A stretch of 63,690 nucleotides of DNA, counting the filler, from Pelomyxa schiedti (taxonomy: Eukaryota; Protista; Evosea): assembly GCA_020536535.1 (NCBI GenBank). It is 11 parts of 11 records of this genome, joined end to end, with 100 filler letters (N's around TTAATTAATTAA, not from the genome) between each part and the next. Parts side by side here need not be neighbours in the genome. Positions count along the whole stretch, not along the records: positions 34,295 to 50,945 come from JAHLWZ010001142.1; positions 51,046 to 53,248 come from JAHLWZ010002077.1; positions 53,349 to 57,693 come from JAHLWZ010001606.1; positions 57,794 to 60,145 come from JAHLWZ010002026.1; positions 60,246 to 62,377 come from JAHLWZ010002116.1; 6 more parts are not named here. One strand, written 5' to 3'. Made by a program: the position numbers and the translations under genes. The notes beneath the pieces are model-generated. The model made no database searches, was not told the origin of the DNA, and saw nothing but the letters and a program-made list of their open reading frames with translations. This document shows positions 49,936-61,282 of this stretch, piece after piece (positions within the stretch are counted from its first letter, which is position 1; each line of letters begins with the position of its first letter).

Positions 49936-50945
49936 TACTTGGTGTCCGCACTGGAGCGGCTCTTTCTTTTCTGATAATAGTGAATTCCGGCAAAGAGAGC
50001 AATGCCACCCCCTATGGGTATTGCTATACTAGCAGTAATGGCGAAAAATACTACAGTGTGCACAAGTCAGAGTGACACCAAATTGAAGGCAATTGAGGGG
50101 GGATGGAAAACAAACGGGCAACTGAAGAAAGCCCATCGTCTATTGCGTTACTTGAACCGACTACGGATGACGTATACAATGAAAATGCTATCGGCGCTGA
50201 TAACCTGGCACGGGTGAGTGAATTCATCATGATTCCAGAAAGCCTACACGGTACTTGGTGTGCTAATCAATACAAAGTATGAATGATTTAATAGAGGCTC
50301 TAATACAATTTGGGCAACGTGATTCTGAGACGTCCACCTTGATTCAGTGTGTTTAAGGCACACTGCTTGTGTTATAGAGTCATAGTCACATAAGTGTTCC
50401 AATAACTAATTCCAAAGATTAGCATGCAGCAAATTTTTTTCTTTTAATCGTAAATTCTTTTTTTTTGTTTTTTGGTCTATATATACGATTTTGTTTACAA
50501 AACCCAAAGGTAAATGGGATTATCACTGTATGTCGTCAATTCAACTGCTGTAGGCAGAGGGCTCACAATGTATACGGAATAAAAAAGTCCTTTCACGGTC
50601 TTAGAGAAGAATCGCCACATGGAAATGAACCATAAAGTCCCGAACCCCAGCATGAACTAGGTAAAATGTCAGTTGCTTCGACCGTGCCAGTAAGCCAAGA
50701 ATATATAAACTGGTAAGAAGGGCACGATGCATCTATATTGTTGGTATGGAGCTGCCCCAGCAGTGCATAATTTTACATTTATACTTCACAACTTTTCCCT
50801 CGAATTCATTTCATATAATCATGCTGTGAAACTTACTCACAAAGATGCAATCCAATCCAGCAGGTGCAGCAGGAATAAATCCAGACATGCACTGGCAGTT
50901 CCAGTCACATCCATAGCCCTGCAGCTCACATTGCTCATCACCTGA
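49936..50945 (-). CDS. Membrane protein with Cys-rich extracellular repeat and several TM segments (5' truncated)
   Basis: EQCELQGYGCDWNCQCMSGFIP...LDC at the contig edge; TM-like FMLGFGTLWFISMW and VFFAITASIAIPIGGGIALFAGIHYYQKRKS...*. Confidence 0.5.
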
Positions 50946-51045
50946 NNNNNNNNNNNNNNNNNNNNNNNNNNNNNNNNNNNNNNNNNNNNTTAATTAATTA
51001 ANNNNNNNNNNNNNNNNNNNNNNNNNNNNNNNNNNNNNNNNNNNN

Positions 51046-51248
51046 TCAAGCCAGGCCTCTTAAACCCACCAGTGGTTGCAGAATCAGGGTTCTTGTTCCA
51101 TCAGGGTGTCAAGCCTGGGCAACCGCAGGATGGTGATGATGAACTGAAGGTCACTGACTCGCTTGGGAATCATGTTGTCACACTCAAGTGTCCTAATGGC
51201 ATGTGGCAAACTCCTCATCATGATTTTTCAGTCTCTGGTTTCCTGTGA
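51046..51248 (+). CDS. 3' end of an orphan expanded-family member (contig start)
   Basis: ESGFLFHQ...ELKVTDSLGNHVVTLK resembles the C-terminus SGMIFH...VIAVTDQCGVNLVMLH of the gene ending at 11700. Confidence 0.5.
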
Positions 51249-51328
51249 TACCAAAAGAAAAACAGATTTATGTCATGAGACTTTTGGCACTATTCCCCTG
51301 CGTTGCATTTATAAGATCCTAACCGCAG

Positions 51329-52841
51329 TTAAATTGGTAGATATGTCCAACGTCCTCTGTCAGGGTCCAGCAATGCTGGTGTCTTGAATGGAATTGGTGT
51401 GATTGAATTTGGGAGGAATCCATGTGGAAAGGTCAACGTGAACAACTGTGCCCCTGACAAAGCATCCACCACTGTGTGCTTCCCCACAAGACGGAGGCAT
51501 GCAGTGCTATAGCTAGTGCCAAGGCAAGCAGTGGCTGTTGGGTGGAACTGTGTACTTTCTAATTCTGACCTGAAGAAGCTGGTGGCACATGTGCTTACAG
51601 GTGCTGAGGAAATTGAACTGCATGCAAGAAGGCCGCAGCCTGAAACAACTGACAGTGTACCTGGAGGGTGCTGGTGTGTCGTAATGCACTGGGCTCTGAT
51701 GTTGGTCTGGTTGACAAGGGATTGCACAGAGAACACAGATGTTGAGGAATGGTCAGCGGTTGTGATGCTCAAGTGCGACTCGTCAAGTGCTCTCACCTCC
51801 AGTCCTGTGCTGTCTTCCAGCCACGTGTGTGAAATTCCAGTACTCAGGTCCAGCAACATCTGGGAGTTCTTCTCCGATGTGAATGGCAAGTAGTATTTCT
51901 TTTCAGCCCTGTGGAACAGGGGTGTGCACAGATTCTCAGTTTCCTCGTCCAATTTGAGCTTGACAACGACATGTGCACTATTTATTGCACCCTCCTCGAC
52001 AATTATGTTCAAGTCAATGTGCATTCCAATGAGAGCTTCGCCATCTCCCTCGGGGTGAACAAAGAAGACCTCAAGGGTGTCAGACTCTGTGTCATACTCA
52101 CTGCTGGAAGAGAAGAACCTCAGAGACTGGAGGGCCGTTGGGTTCCAGGGGCACTTCACCTCAACGCACTGAGGTGGCACAACCTCTTCATCACCACCAT
52201 TGTGCAGTGCCAAAACCTCAAGAATGCCAACTTCAGAATGGAGATATGGTGCCTGGACAACCCACTTCCTGTTGCACACTGCCAATCGAAAGCGAACCAG
52301 TTCTTTCAGGTCACTGGGAAGCTGCATGAGTGGCCAGTCTGGGTCCTCATCACAAATGCCGTTGGTTGTGACACACTTGACAGGGGTGATCCACCCCAAA
52401 GTGGAGGCATCCAGACTGACCAATTCTGGATTCTGCAAGATTCCCAAGGTGTGTGACACACTGAAGAACACGCGGAATGGCTGTGGAATTGGCCCCCCAA
52501 CCAAAGTGATCAGAACAACGCGGTCAGTTCCCATAACCCACCTCTTCCCAATCAACTCAGCAACAACCCAATGCGGAATCATCGACACGTAACAACGCCT
52601 GCCGGGTGACGATGTCGTTGACGATTTTAGCAATGCTGACGATGACGATGAATCGCAAGCGGACCCACAATCGCGCGAGCTTGTGCCGCGGCCCCAACCA
52701 ACACTTGTGCTGGGGGGGGACATTGTGGACCGAATTGTGGGAACAGGCTGAGGCGAGCGCGAGGAACTGACTCCGAGCAGTCCCTATGGTCAATGAAAAC
52801 TCTACTTTTTCCTCACCGAAGGGGTACCGGAGCCTCCTCAT
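51329..52841 (-). CDS. Orphan expanded-family member with a frameshift in a C8 run near the 5' end
   Basis: N-terminal ARSQFLALASAC motif lies in one frame (ORF 52557..52853) and the 464-aa body in the next. The switch is at the G8 tract ~52712-52719. C-terminal VVDALSGAQLFTL. Confidence 0.7.
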
Positions 52842-52959
52842 CTCGCACCGCAAAGTGAAATTTTATCGAAACGATCGTTTCTGTGTGGCGGAAGTTGTGA
52901 AAACAACCATGCTTGATGGCACACCAACCAACACGCCGCGACCCCGCGCCGATGACGAT

Positions 52960-53139
52960 GACCCAAGAACAGCAGTCCAACACGAAAGACTGCCAGATCT
53001 GATCACCACTGGTATCTATGCGAGGGAGCAGTTGCTTTCGCTTGCGATGTCGTCACACGCCCGATGCGGCGCGAGCAGCACCGCGCGCGGTTTCACGTCG
53101 ATGTCGGCTGCAGACGCAGGGCTTGCAGGATCTGAGTGA
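52960..53139 (+). pseudogene. Truncated 5' fragment of an orphan-family gene
   Basis: YAREQLLSLAMSSHARCGASS motif running into the 82-bp repeat and a stop. Confidence 0.55.
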
Positions 53140-53191
53140 CAACCGCGGCGAATTCACGTTTGGTTGTTTCACAACAACCTGTTTCATTGAA
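53110..53191 (+). repeat. 82-bp dispersed repeat shared with 12180-12261
   Basis: 2 mismatches versus the reverse complement of 12180-12261. Confidence 0.9.
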
Positions 53192-54490
53192 TGCCGCCGT
53201 TGGGGTCTCTAAGTTTGTGAATAACGAAGAAGGAGGATAATAATAAATNNNNNNNNNNNNNNNNNNNNNNNNNNNNNNNNNNNNNNNNNNNNTTAATTAA
53301 TTAANNNNNNNNNNNNNNNNNNNNNNNNNNNNNNNNNNNNNNNNNNNNACCCCCCAAACACACACCTGTTGTCACTTGACAGGTTACTTGGCAGCGACCA
53401 GGCACCTTGAGTTTTCGAAAAAAACAGGACTGGGTGGTGTCGACACGTCCTCCCTCTAGCAGGCAGAACAAGCTCCTCCCAGAAATTCACCACTGGGTGC
53501 TGCCAGCGATGTCACTGAACTTCGACTGCAGAAATGACTGTCTGGCACCAAATCAACACCGTCCTTCAAGAAACACCCATTGTGGCACTGTTGCCAACGT
53601 TGGTGTCTTGCCACTCACCCTGGTGGTATGACATGGGCCATTCTTATTGTTGCACAGCATAATAAACAACACATTGGGTCTTTGATTTTTTCCCTTCAGC
53701 TGTCTCTTTTTCTCATCGTCAGGGTTTGAACCTGTTTACCTTGACAGCAGTGCATAAACCACGGCCCCACACACACAACTGGCGTTTGTTTGCACCAGAG
53801 TTGTGAACAACAACAGCAACCCGACAGGCAGCAGACCGGACGACACATCTGGACCAGATCTGCTCAGGTTTCTAGCTTTGTGCTCTGCTTGTGAAAACAA
53901 GGTGAAAACTACTGTGCGGAACTGCTAGAAAATTCGACTGAGCTACCGGCAAAGCTAAAATAAGTCTAAAACCTTTTCTAAAGGTGATTTCTATCCAATC
54001 CCTACGCGTTTTGCCACATTATACCCAGTAACACAGGGATCAAACCCCATCGTGTTTGTCTGGGACAAATAAGCAAGACCAGGCCTTTTGCAGTGAGGAA
54101 TAACAGCTAGGTGCAAACCACTTATCACCGCCCCGGGCAGTGTTTTTTCACAGCTTTTTGACTGGATCACCACCCAAAAAAACAGGGCAGAGCCGTTTAC
54201 AGGAACTTGATCGGGAAAAAAAATCACCACCCATTGATCCAGATATGATTCTTCAGGGCACCCTCAACAACAACCTCTTTCAAAGTGGGATCTCATTCAA
54301 ACGATGAACTAATTGAGGTGTGAAGCTGGTAGTGGCTTTGTGCTTTCTTACTTGACTGGGTGTTGGTGAAGTGGCTCCTGTATTGTTGCTCACAAACAAA
54401 ACAAACAAGCCTCATAGTTAGTGAAGTGTGTACTTCCACAAAGTACATGAACTTGGCCTTGCTTGCGAGGCTCTGAAGTCTGGTGCACTT

Positions 54491-54790
54491 TAGTGGGATT
54501 GGAGAGACTGAGGACTGAGCTGAATCTGGACTATTACCAGAATGAGACAGCGAAGGTAATGATCAGTGCACAGTGCAGCTGGGTGCACAAATACAGCAAC
54601 AATGTGGCAGGTGGTTTTGATTACATGCACACTTGTCTGAGAATCCATTTGAACATTGCAGCCTTTTAACCCAATCACACAACCGCTCTGCAAGATTTTA
54701 CACACCTTTTTATCCCTTTACAAACAACAACAAGAACAAACAAGAGAACCCTTTATTCTCTTCACTCTCACTCGTTTTCTTCCTCTGTGG
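54491..54790. repeat. Repeat modules shared with 57400-57693; also ~54200-54250 similar to ~35611-35660
   Basis: 54491-54750 matches the reverse complement of ~57533-57693 with an ~80-bp indel. 54751-54790 directly matches ~57406-57440. Confidence 0.85.
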
Positions 54791-54899
54791 TGTGTGCTTT
54801 TGTGTGTGATCTCATGCCCACCCACCAGAAGTACCCACTTATCCTTAGGAATGTATACTCTGCTGACATGTGTCCTGCAAATATGGAGTCATGATTACT

Positions 54900-56990
54900 T
54901 GCCAGGATTTGTGTGATTAGTCATCTTGGAGTGACTACTGCTTTGATGGCCTGATGCCTCCTTCTGTCCAACTCTATGTAGTATACAATTCCATCCTTGA
55001 CCACGAAGTTCCTTTGATATAGTCTCTTGCGTCTTAGTTCCACAGGTAAGTCCTGCCCTTCTGAGATCCAGCTTCTTATTGCTCTCCAGATTTCGTCCTT
55101 GTCCTGCTCTACTTTCCACTGGACGGGTTCCCCATCCACACCCCATCCACACACACAGCTGCAACTAGGCCTGGGCACTGAGACAGCTATCAGCATCCCC
55201 ATCCTGCTTCCCTGGTTGATACTCTATGATTGCCCCAAAGTCATTGATGAGCATTTGCCATTGCACCATTTTGTCTGAAGGGTTCTCATGGTTTTGGATT
55301 CATGTTAGACTCTTATGGTGTGTACTTAGCAAGTACATGAGCTTTAGCTCTATGGACACTCTGCAGACTCTGTACGAATCTCGACTCTCAAGATCCAATG
55401 CGGGCTTGATGGAATAAGGCAGCGACGATCTTATGAGACACAGAATGCACTAATGTGGACTGCAGTGGTGATTGATTCTGAGGCAATCTTGACTGAGAAT
55501 TGGACAACAGCGTGGCTTTGAAACTAACCACACCTAACCACACCAAATTAATTATCCTTTGAAATCATTCTTTTTCCTCTGTGGGGCTTTATTCTCTTCC
55601 CACAGAAGCTAACAATGGTCACTCTTTACAATACATCCAATCCCATGGATATACTGATGGAATTTTTTCAATGCCCAGAACAGCTGCTCCCTCCAGTTCC
55701 AGTATGGGATAACGTTTCTCAAGGTCTGATGTCCCCCTGCTTGCTGGTTCACCCATGGCACAAAAGGTCCACCAAGCTCTCTGAGTGGTGCTGCCAAGAT
55801 TGCCAGGTCTGTAATGAATTTCCCATAGTAATTAGCAATGTGGATAAATGTCTCCAGGTCTCCCTGCCACTTGTTTGGACTTGGCCATTCAGTGAGGGAC
55901 CAAACTCTGTCTGGATCCATTTGGATACTTTGCCTTGTCATTAGTGAGGATGCCAGAATATTTTTGCTGCAGTGTTATGAACTTTTCCGTTTGATTGCAG
56001 TCCAGGTTGTCCCACTGGATGTCAGCAGTTTTCCAATCCTCAACCAACCTCAGGTTGGTGTTGCCATTGGCCGTTGTCATACTTTTGTTGTTGTTGTTTT
56101 TGTTTTTGTTGTTATTTGTTCTGTTGGTGTTGACATTGGCCATTGCTGTGCTGTTGTCTGTTGTTGTAAGTTAGTTGTCAGTTGGTGCAACTTGGAAAAC
56201 ACCAAGTTGTGGGTGGCAAAAATTGAGTTGTACCAAAAAATTGCCAACAAGTGCTGCGAAACTGATTTTCACAGAGTCAGCCCTGAGCAACCCTCAGAAG
56301 TCGGACAACTTCTGGGAATTCAATGGCACATGACACTGTGCTGTGTGTCCACTGAATACTTGGAATTCATGGGAGACAGGGCTTATAAGCAACACCACTT
56401 TCACCACAAACACCTCAAGATCAATTAAAATAAATAAATACTTTGTTCCCTCCTTATCTCACTACGAACATGTTTGTCACTCCCCATCAGGGACACCACT
56501 CACAACTGTCAATTTTTTGATGGGTCTTGTTCTCAGTCTGGTGTTCGTTCCCATTGTTGCCAGTAGTACAGCTTTGTACCTCATGACAAGAGGTACATAG
56601 TTCCGTTGTCAGATTCAAGGAATCTCAGCTTTGTGTGATTCTGCGAACACACAGGCAAACTGTGCACAAGGCACACTCGCGAGACTCGAGACTGGACACT
56701 CAGAGGCTGAGTCATCACTTACCAAGTTCAGAAATCAAGTTCACAGAAAGATCATCGAGATACCCAAGACCTTTCCCTTGACTTTGGAATCCTTTATAAA
56801 CACACACCGAGTTCACCTCATTTCTATACAAAAATACAAAAAACCTCAACGCAAACACACCCAAATGTATCCATCCATTCCAAGATGAATAAAATACTTT
56901 GTGCCTCTTTGTTCTCCTTTGGTGCAGTTTCCTTCTTTCCCACCCACCGAAGGAAACAGCTTGATGACTGAGTGCCAAGTTGGACAACTA
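54900..56990 (-). mobile_element. Degenerate Ty3/Gypsy LTR-retrotransposon pol relic
   Basis: RT thumb IQMDPDRVWSLTEWPSP...FIHIANYYGKFITDLAILAAPL; RNase H LFWALKKFHQYIHG...KSDH and KMVQWQMLINDFGAIIEYQPGKQDGDADSCLS; pre-integrase linker WKVEQDKD...FVVKDGIVYY. The YxDD palm is missing. Confidence 0.8.
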
Positions 56991-57188
56991 TTTATGGCCA
57001 TTCAGTAACCAGTGAGTTCATTCAATCCAAGTTCATGTACTTTGTGGAGTACACAAAGGGTCAATTCACTGGAGTCTGTTAGGACTGTGTGATCTTATAT
57101 CCAATGGGGATTTGAAGTTTTAGAATGGAAATAAAGTTTTGTTGTTTAGTGGGTTAGGTTAGAAGAAAGTGATAAGATTTCATCAAAT

Positions 57189-57693
57189 AAGGCAATGCCA
57201 CCACAAGCAGGTTTTTCCCTGGTAGTCAGGCTTCTCAAAATGAGGAAGAAGAGGGAAAAAAACAAAAGAAACCCCATTTTTTGAAAAGAGAAAGTTTTTT
57301 CTGAGCAATAAGCCAGAGATTAGGGGGGTTGTTTTAGGAATTGTGTGGAGAAACTGGAAAAAACACCCTCCTCTGAGGAAAGGCAGTCTGGCCACACAAC
57401 TCTTTATTCTCTTCACTCTCACTCGTTTTCTTCCTCTGTGGGACTTATTCTCAAGCCCACAGAAGCTAACAAGAAACACCTTGAAACAGGTTCCTCGCAA
57501 TTATATTGCCTGTTGCTGTTGTAGTTCTCTTGTTTGTTTGGTCGTTGTTGTAAGGGGGTAAAAATGGAGTGTGTAAAATCTGCCATGTTGTTGTTGCTGT
57601 ATTTGTGCACCCAGCTGCACTGTGCGCTGATCATTACCTTCGCTGTCTCATTCTGGTAATAGTCCAGATTCGGCTCAGTCCTCAGTCTCTCCA
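57189..57693. repeat. Mosaic of dispersed repeat modules
   Basis: Pieces match ~27165-27215, ~33878-34035, ~54491-54790 and ~55570-55612 in mixed orientations. Confidence 0.85.
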
Positions 57694-58012
57694 NNNNNNN
57701 NNNNNNNNNNNNNNNNNNNNNNNNNNNNNNNNNNNNNTTAATTAATTAANNNNNNNNNNNNNNNNNNNNNNNNNNNNNNNNNNNNNNNNNNNNAGCAGGA
57801 ATTCCAGGATGATTCTTGCCACACACAAGGGCGACGATGACGTCATCATGACGCTGTGTGCCCCCGTCCTCGAGTGCCACCCTGCTAAAAATGCAACTGC
57901 TTGTTGTTGTTGTTGTTTTGTTTTGTTTTGTACGCGCCTGGAGGCATTTTCAAGAGCGACATCGCTGCAACAAATGTTGGTTTTACGCGAATTCAGACTC
58001 AATTAAACAACG

Positions 58013-59757
58013 ATGAGCTCGGGGCGGGCGTGCGGGGACGTAGACGGTGGCGGGTGTGGATCTAGATCCGAGGACGTAGACAGAGGAGGCGAACATGAGG
58101 ACGGTGTGACTGAGACGGAGACGGAGACACGCGGCGGCAGCAGCACGTCGGCGGCTGCGCACTCGCCACCTACCACGACGTCAACTTCATCATCATCTGC
58201 GTCGCCCTCGATGATGGAAAAAATCGTTGAGATAAAAGCTCAACTCGTTAGTGCCGTTGATCAGGTACCCCGCCCCCCCAGTCGTGCTTTTTTTGTGTGT
58301 GCGCTTTATTGGTGTTTTTTGTTTTTTTTAATGTTGGTTCCACAAAAACTAACACGGGTGAAAGGCAAACAATGAACAGATCATGGAAGTGCTACAGGAG
58401 TTAGATAAGATGGAAATATCTCTCACTGTTTTGAGGGTTTGTTTTTCGGCTTGATAAAATGAAAATACAACCATATTAAAAGGGGACAACATAGGATACG
58501 ATGATTGGAGTTCCTGTTGGGAAACTAAGGAAATATAAAGACAACCAAGTGGCTTTGTTGAGCCAAAAGATTGTCTCAAAATGGAAATCTGCACTACCGC
58601 CTAGCCCGCCTCCCACCGTCCCACCTGCCAAAAGCCCAAGTCCCACACCCAGCAGCACTACTCCAAGGAAGGCAGCCCCAAAGAGTAACCACAAAACTAC
58701 CACTGCCAGTACAACCGCAACAAAATCGCCAGCAAAGGTGGCTTCTCCTAAACCTTCCCCTGCACGTCAAGCAACACCACCTACTCCTGAAAAAACAGAA
58801 AATCGGAAAAGAATGCCTGAATCAAATGAAACAGTCTCTCACGAGACTACTAAGAAGCCAAGAACAGGTTTGATAAAGAAATGAAAGGCACACCAAATCT
58901 AACAACCTTCAATGTACAGTAGAGGGAGAGCCTCCTCCAACTGACACGCGCGGTAAAGTCCGCTGGGCTTTCAAGGAGCTATTTGCGAATTCAATGGCAC
59001 ATACAGACACACTTGATCCCGGTGAAGTAGCAAACCAAATTGAACAAGGTTTTTGTTTACTAAGAAAAAATTTGGTACCCAAACTAACTTCACACTTAGA
59101 GATATTCAGTCTTTACCGAAGCACTGACAAAAACTATGTGGTAAAAGTGAGACTTCTCAGGTCGAATTTGGGGCACAAAGAGCACGAATTAAGAGACAGT
59201 GTGATGAGCGGACTTACAACACCTGGTCGGCTGGTGACCATGACATATGAGGCAGATAGTACAGGCCTATAATTTGATCTCATATTTTCTCAGGAGTTGG
59301 CTCCGGATTCTGTCAAGAAAGAAAGGCAACAATCCAGGGAATTTCACACCAAAGACATTCAGTCCGCAAAGCCTGAGGACCTTGCTGAGAGTGATCAGTA
59401 CGAGTGCAAGCGTTGCCACAAGAGAATGGTCAAACTGTATCAAATGCAGACTCGCTCTGCCGGTAAGTTCTTCCTGTTTTCTTTTTATCAATAACTATGC
59501 ACAGATGAACCAATGACAACTTTTGTAACATGTGTCAACTGTGGGAATCGCTGGGTATGTGACTCCTCACTTTTTTTTTTATATCATATGAAAGCTTATT
59601 CAAAAATAGAGATTTTGAGCTCAAAAGTGCACACACTTGTGGAATTCCACACCGATGCTGTCGATCCTTTGCGTTTTTGTAATAGAAAATGCAACGCATG
59701 CCACTCGCTCGTACCTACATGCACCTCACACCCCACTTCACCACATTGGTACAATAA
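58013..59757 (+). CDS. TFIIS: Transcription elongation factor S-II, multi-exon
   Basis: Domain I (IGVPVGKLRK...SQKIVSKWK), domain II (RGKVRWAF...IEQ|EIF...YVVKVRLLRSNL...RLVTMTYE|ELAP) and zinc ribbon CKRC...YQMQTRSA|DEPMTTFVTCVNCGNRW. The terminal exon is uncertain. Confidence 0.95.
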
Positions 59758-60245
59758 CAGTCCCTTGAAACTTCACACGAAACCCCCGGTTTCGTTGTTG
59801 CATTCCACTAATCGATTTTGTGTCGCCTACGACGCTGGACCCCCACCACACACTGCACACTCCCCCATCCCTAATCAATGCGTACCTCCACTGACTCCTC
59901 GTCGTCCTCGTCATCATCATCGACAGCGGCAACGCAACCACAGGCACAACCACCGACAGCACCCCCACAACCACAAGCCCCCCAACCCACCACCACCACC
60001 AAGACAACAGGCGGGGGGTTGCTCCTGCTGTTCTCGCGCAACAAGGGGGCTGCCGCAGCCGCACTCCCGCCCCCCACGGCGCCGCCGCCCCCACCCCCGC
60101 CGTCCACTCCCCCGCCACCCCCGCCCCCTCCCTCCCAGCCTCCCCNNNNNNNNNNNNNNNNNNNNNNNNNNNNNNNNNNNNNNNNNNNNTTAATTAATTA
60201 ANNNNNNNNNNNNNNNNNNNNNNNNNNNNNNNNNNNNNNNNNNNN

Positions 60246-60506
60246 GCAGCAGTTGTTCTCAGTCAAGCTGATCCCAATCAAAGGGAATCCACAACCTTGA
60301 CAGAGATTTACAGTGCCTCTGACATGACCCAATTTGGGTGCCAAATTGAACATTCTGAAGATGAAAGGATTTTCCCCACAGATGAGGGAATCTATGCTCT
60401 TCAAATACCTTCTCCCACAGCACCAACTGCAGTACCAGTAAACATCCACGATGCCACCACAGGCATACACATTTCCACTATCACAATCACCCAACCAAGG
60501 CTGTGA
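60246..60506 (+). CDS. 3' end of an orphan expanded-family member (contig start)
   Basis: C-terminal VNIHDATTGIHISTITI parallels VVDALSGAQLFTL and VIEASSDMKSVATV of the other members. Confidence 0.5.
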   Translation, partial: AAVVLSQADPNQRESTTLTEIYSASDMTQFGCQIEHSEDERIFPTDEGIYALQIPSPTAPTAVPVNIHDATTGIHISTITITQPRL

Positions 60507-61202
60507 TGGTTGGAAACTTTGGTACTGGCAACTAAAAAGCAGACCCTCAGTTGGGTTTTCGTCAATGAAGTGATAGCGTTTCCTACAAACAAAAAATTGC
60601 CACTAGGTTCCCTTACGGAAAACAACTTTCCCGTTGCCCTCCACGGTGGGTGATGTTGGTGGGCACTGGTGCCATTTTCAATACTCTTCCGGCAAAAACT
60701 GTGTTTATGTTTTAATGTTTTTTAAGCCAGATATGGTCAAGTGTCATTGAGACATTGATTAGAAAGCCTTATTGGGTATTAATGTACTTGCAACCACCTT
60801 TGGGGGTTTGTGTTCCCAAATTTTCTCACACGGGACTATGTTTTGAATCAAGGTTTTTTCTGCAGTCTTTCCTTTGGGTTGTTGGCCTCTTTTTATGCTT
60901 TGAACTTTGTTGGTTGTGTGAGACAAGAACCAAACCAAGGCTGTGATGGTGGGATTTCTCCATGCGGGAGGCATTGTTCACACAGTGGTTCTCTTCTTTG
61001 GGACAGCAACGTACATGTGGACACCCATGGAAGGAAACGGCAGGCTCATTCCTCTGCTTGTTCCCAAACCACACATTACTTTATAATGGCATTCTTGCAT
61101 AGGTATCCTTAGTGTATCTGACAAGATGGCATTGTGGCAAGGAGTGTTCTGGCATGGTGGAATCGCGATTATGTTGCAATCGTGATGTTGTGGAATGACA
61201 TT

Positions 61203-61282
61203 CTGAAGCGGATATTTCCGGCACTGAAGCGGACATTTACGGCATGGAAGCGGACATTTTGGCACTGAAGCGGTCATTTGCA
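61203..61282. repeat. Degenerate ~21-bp minisatellite, 4 units
   Basis: CTGAAGCGGATATTTCCGGCA / CTGAAGCGGACATTTACGGCA / TGGAAGCGGACATTTTGGCA / CTGAAGCGGTCATTTGCA. Confidence 0.9.

Noticed and set aside
54491-57693. Inverted repeats flanking the retroelement as DIRS-type ITRs
   Set aside because: The pol relic has a Gypsy-type pre-integrase linker and no tyrosine recombinase, and the same modules occur away from it.
59870-60145. Pro/Ser-rich ORFs at the contig end
   Set aside because: Low complexity, open on both strands and truncated, so strand and product cannot be assigned.
61203-61282. CRISPR-like array
   Set aside because: The units are contiguous with no unique spacers, there are no cas genes, and the context is eukaryotic.
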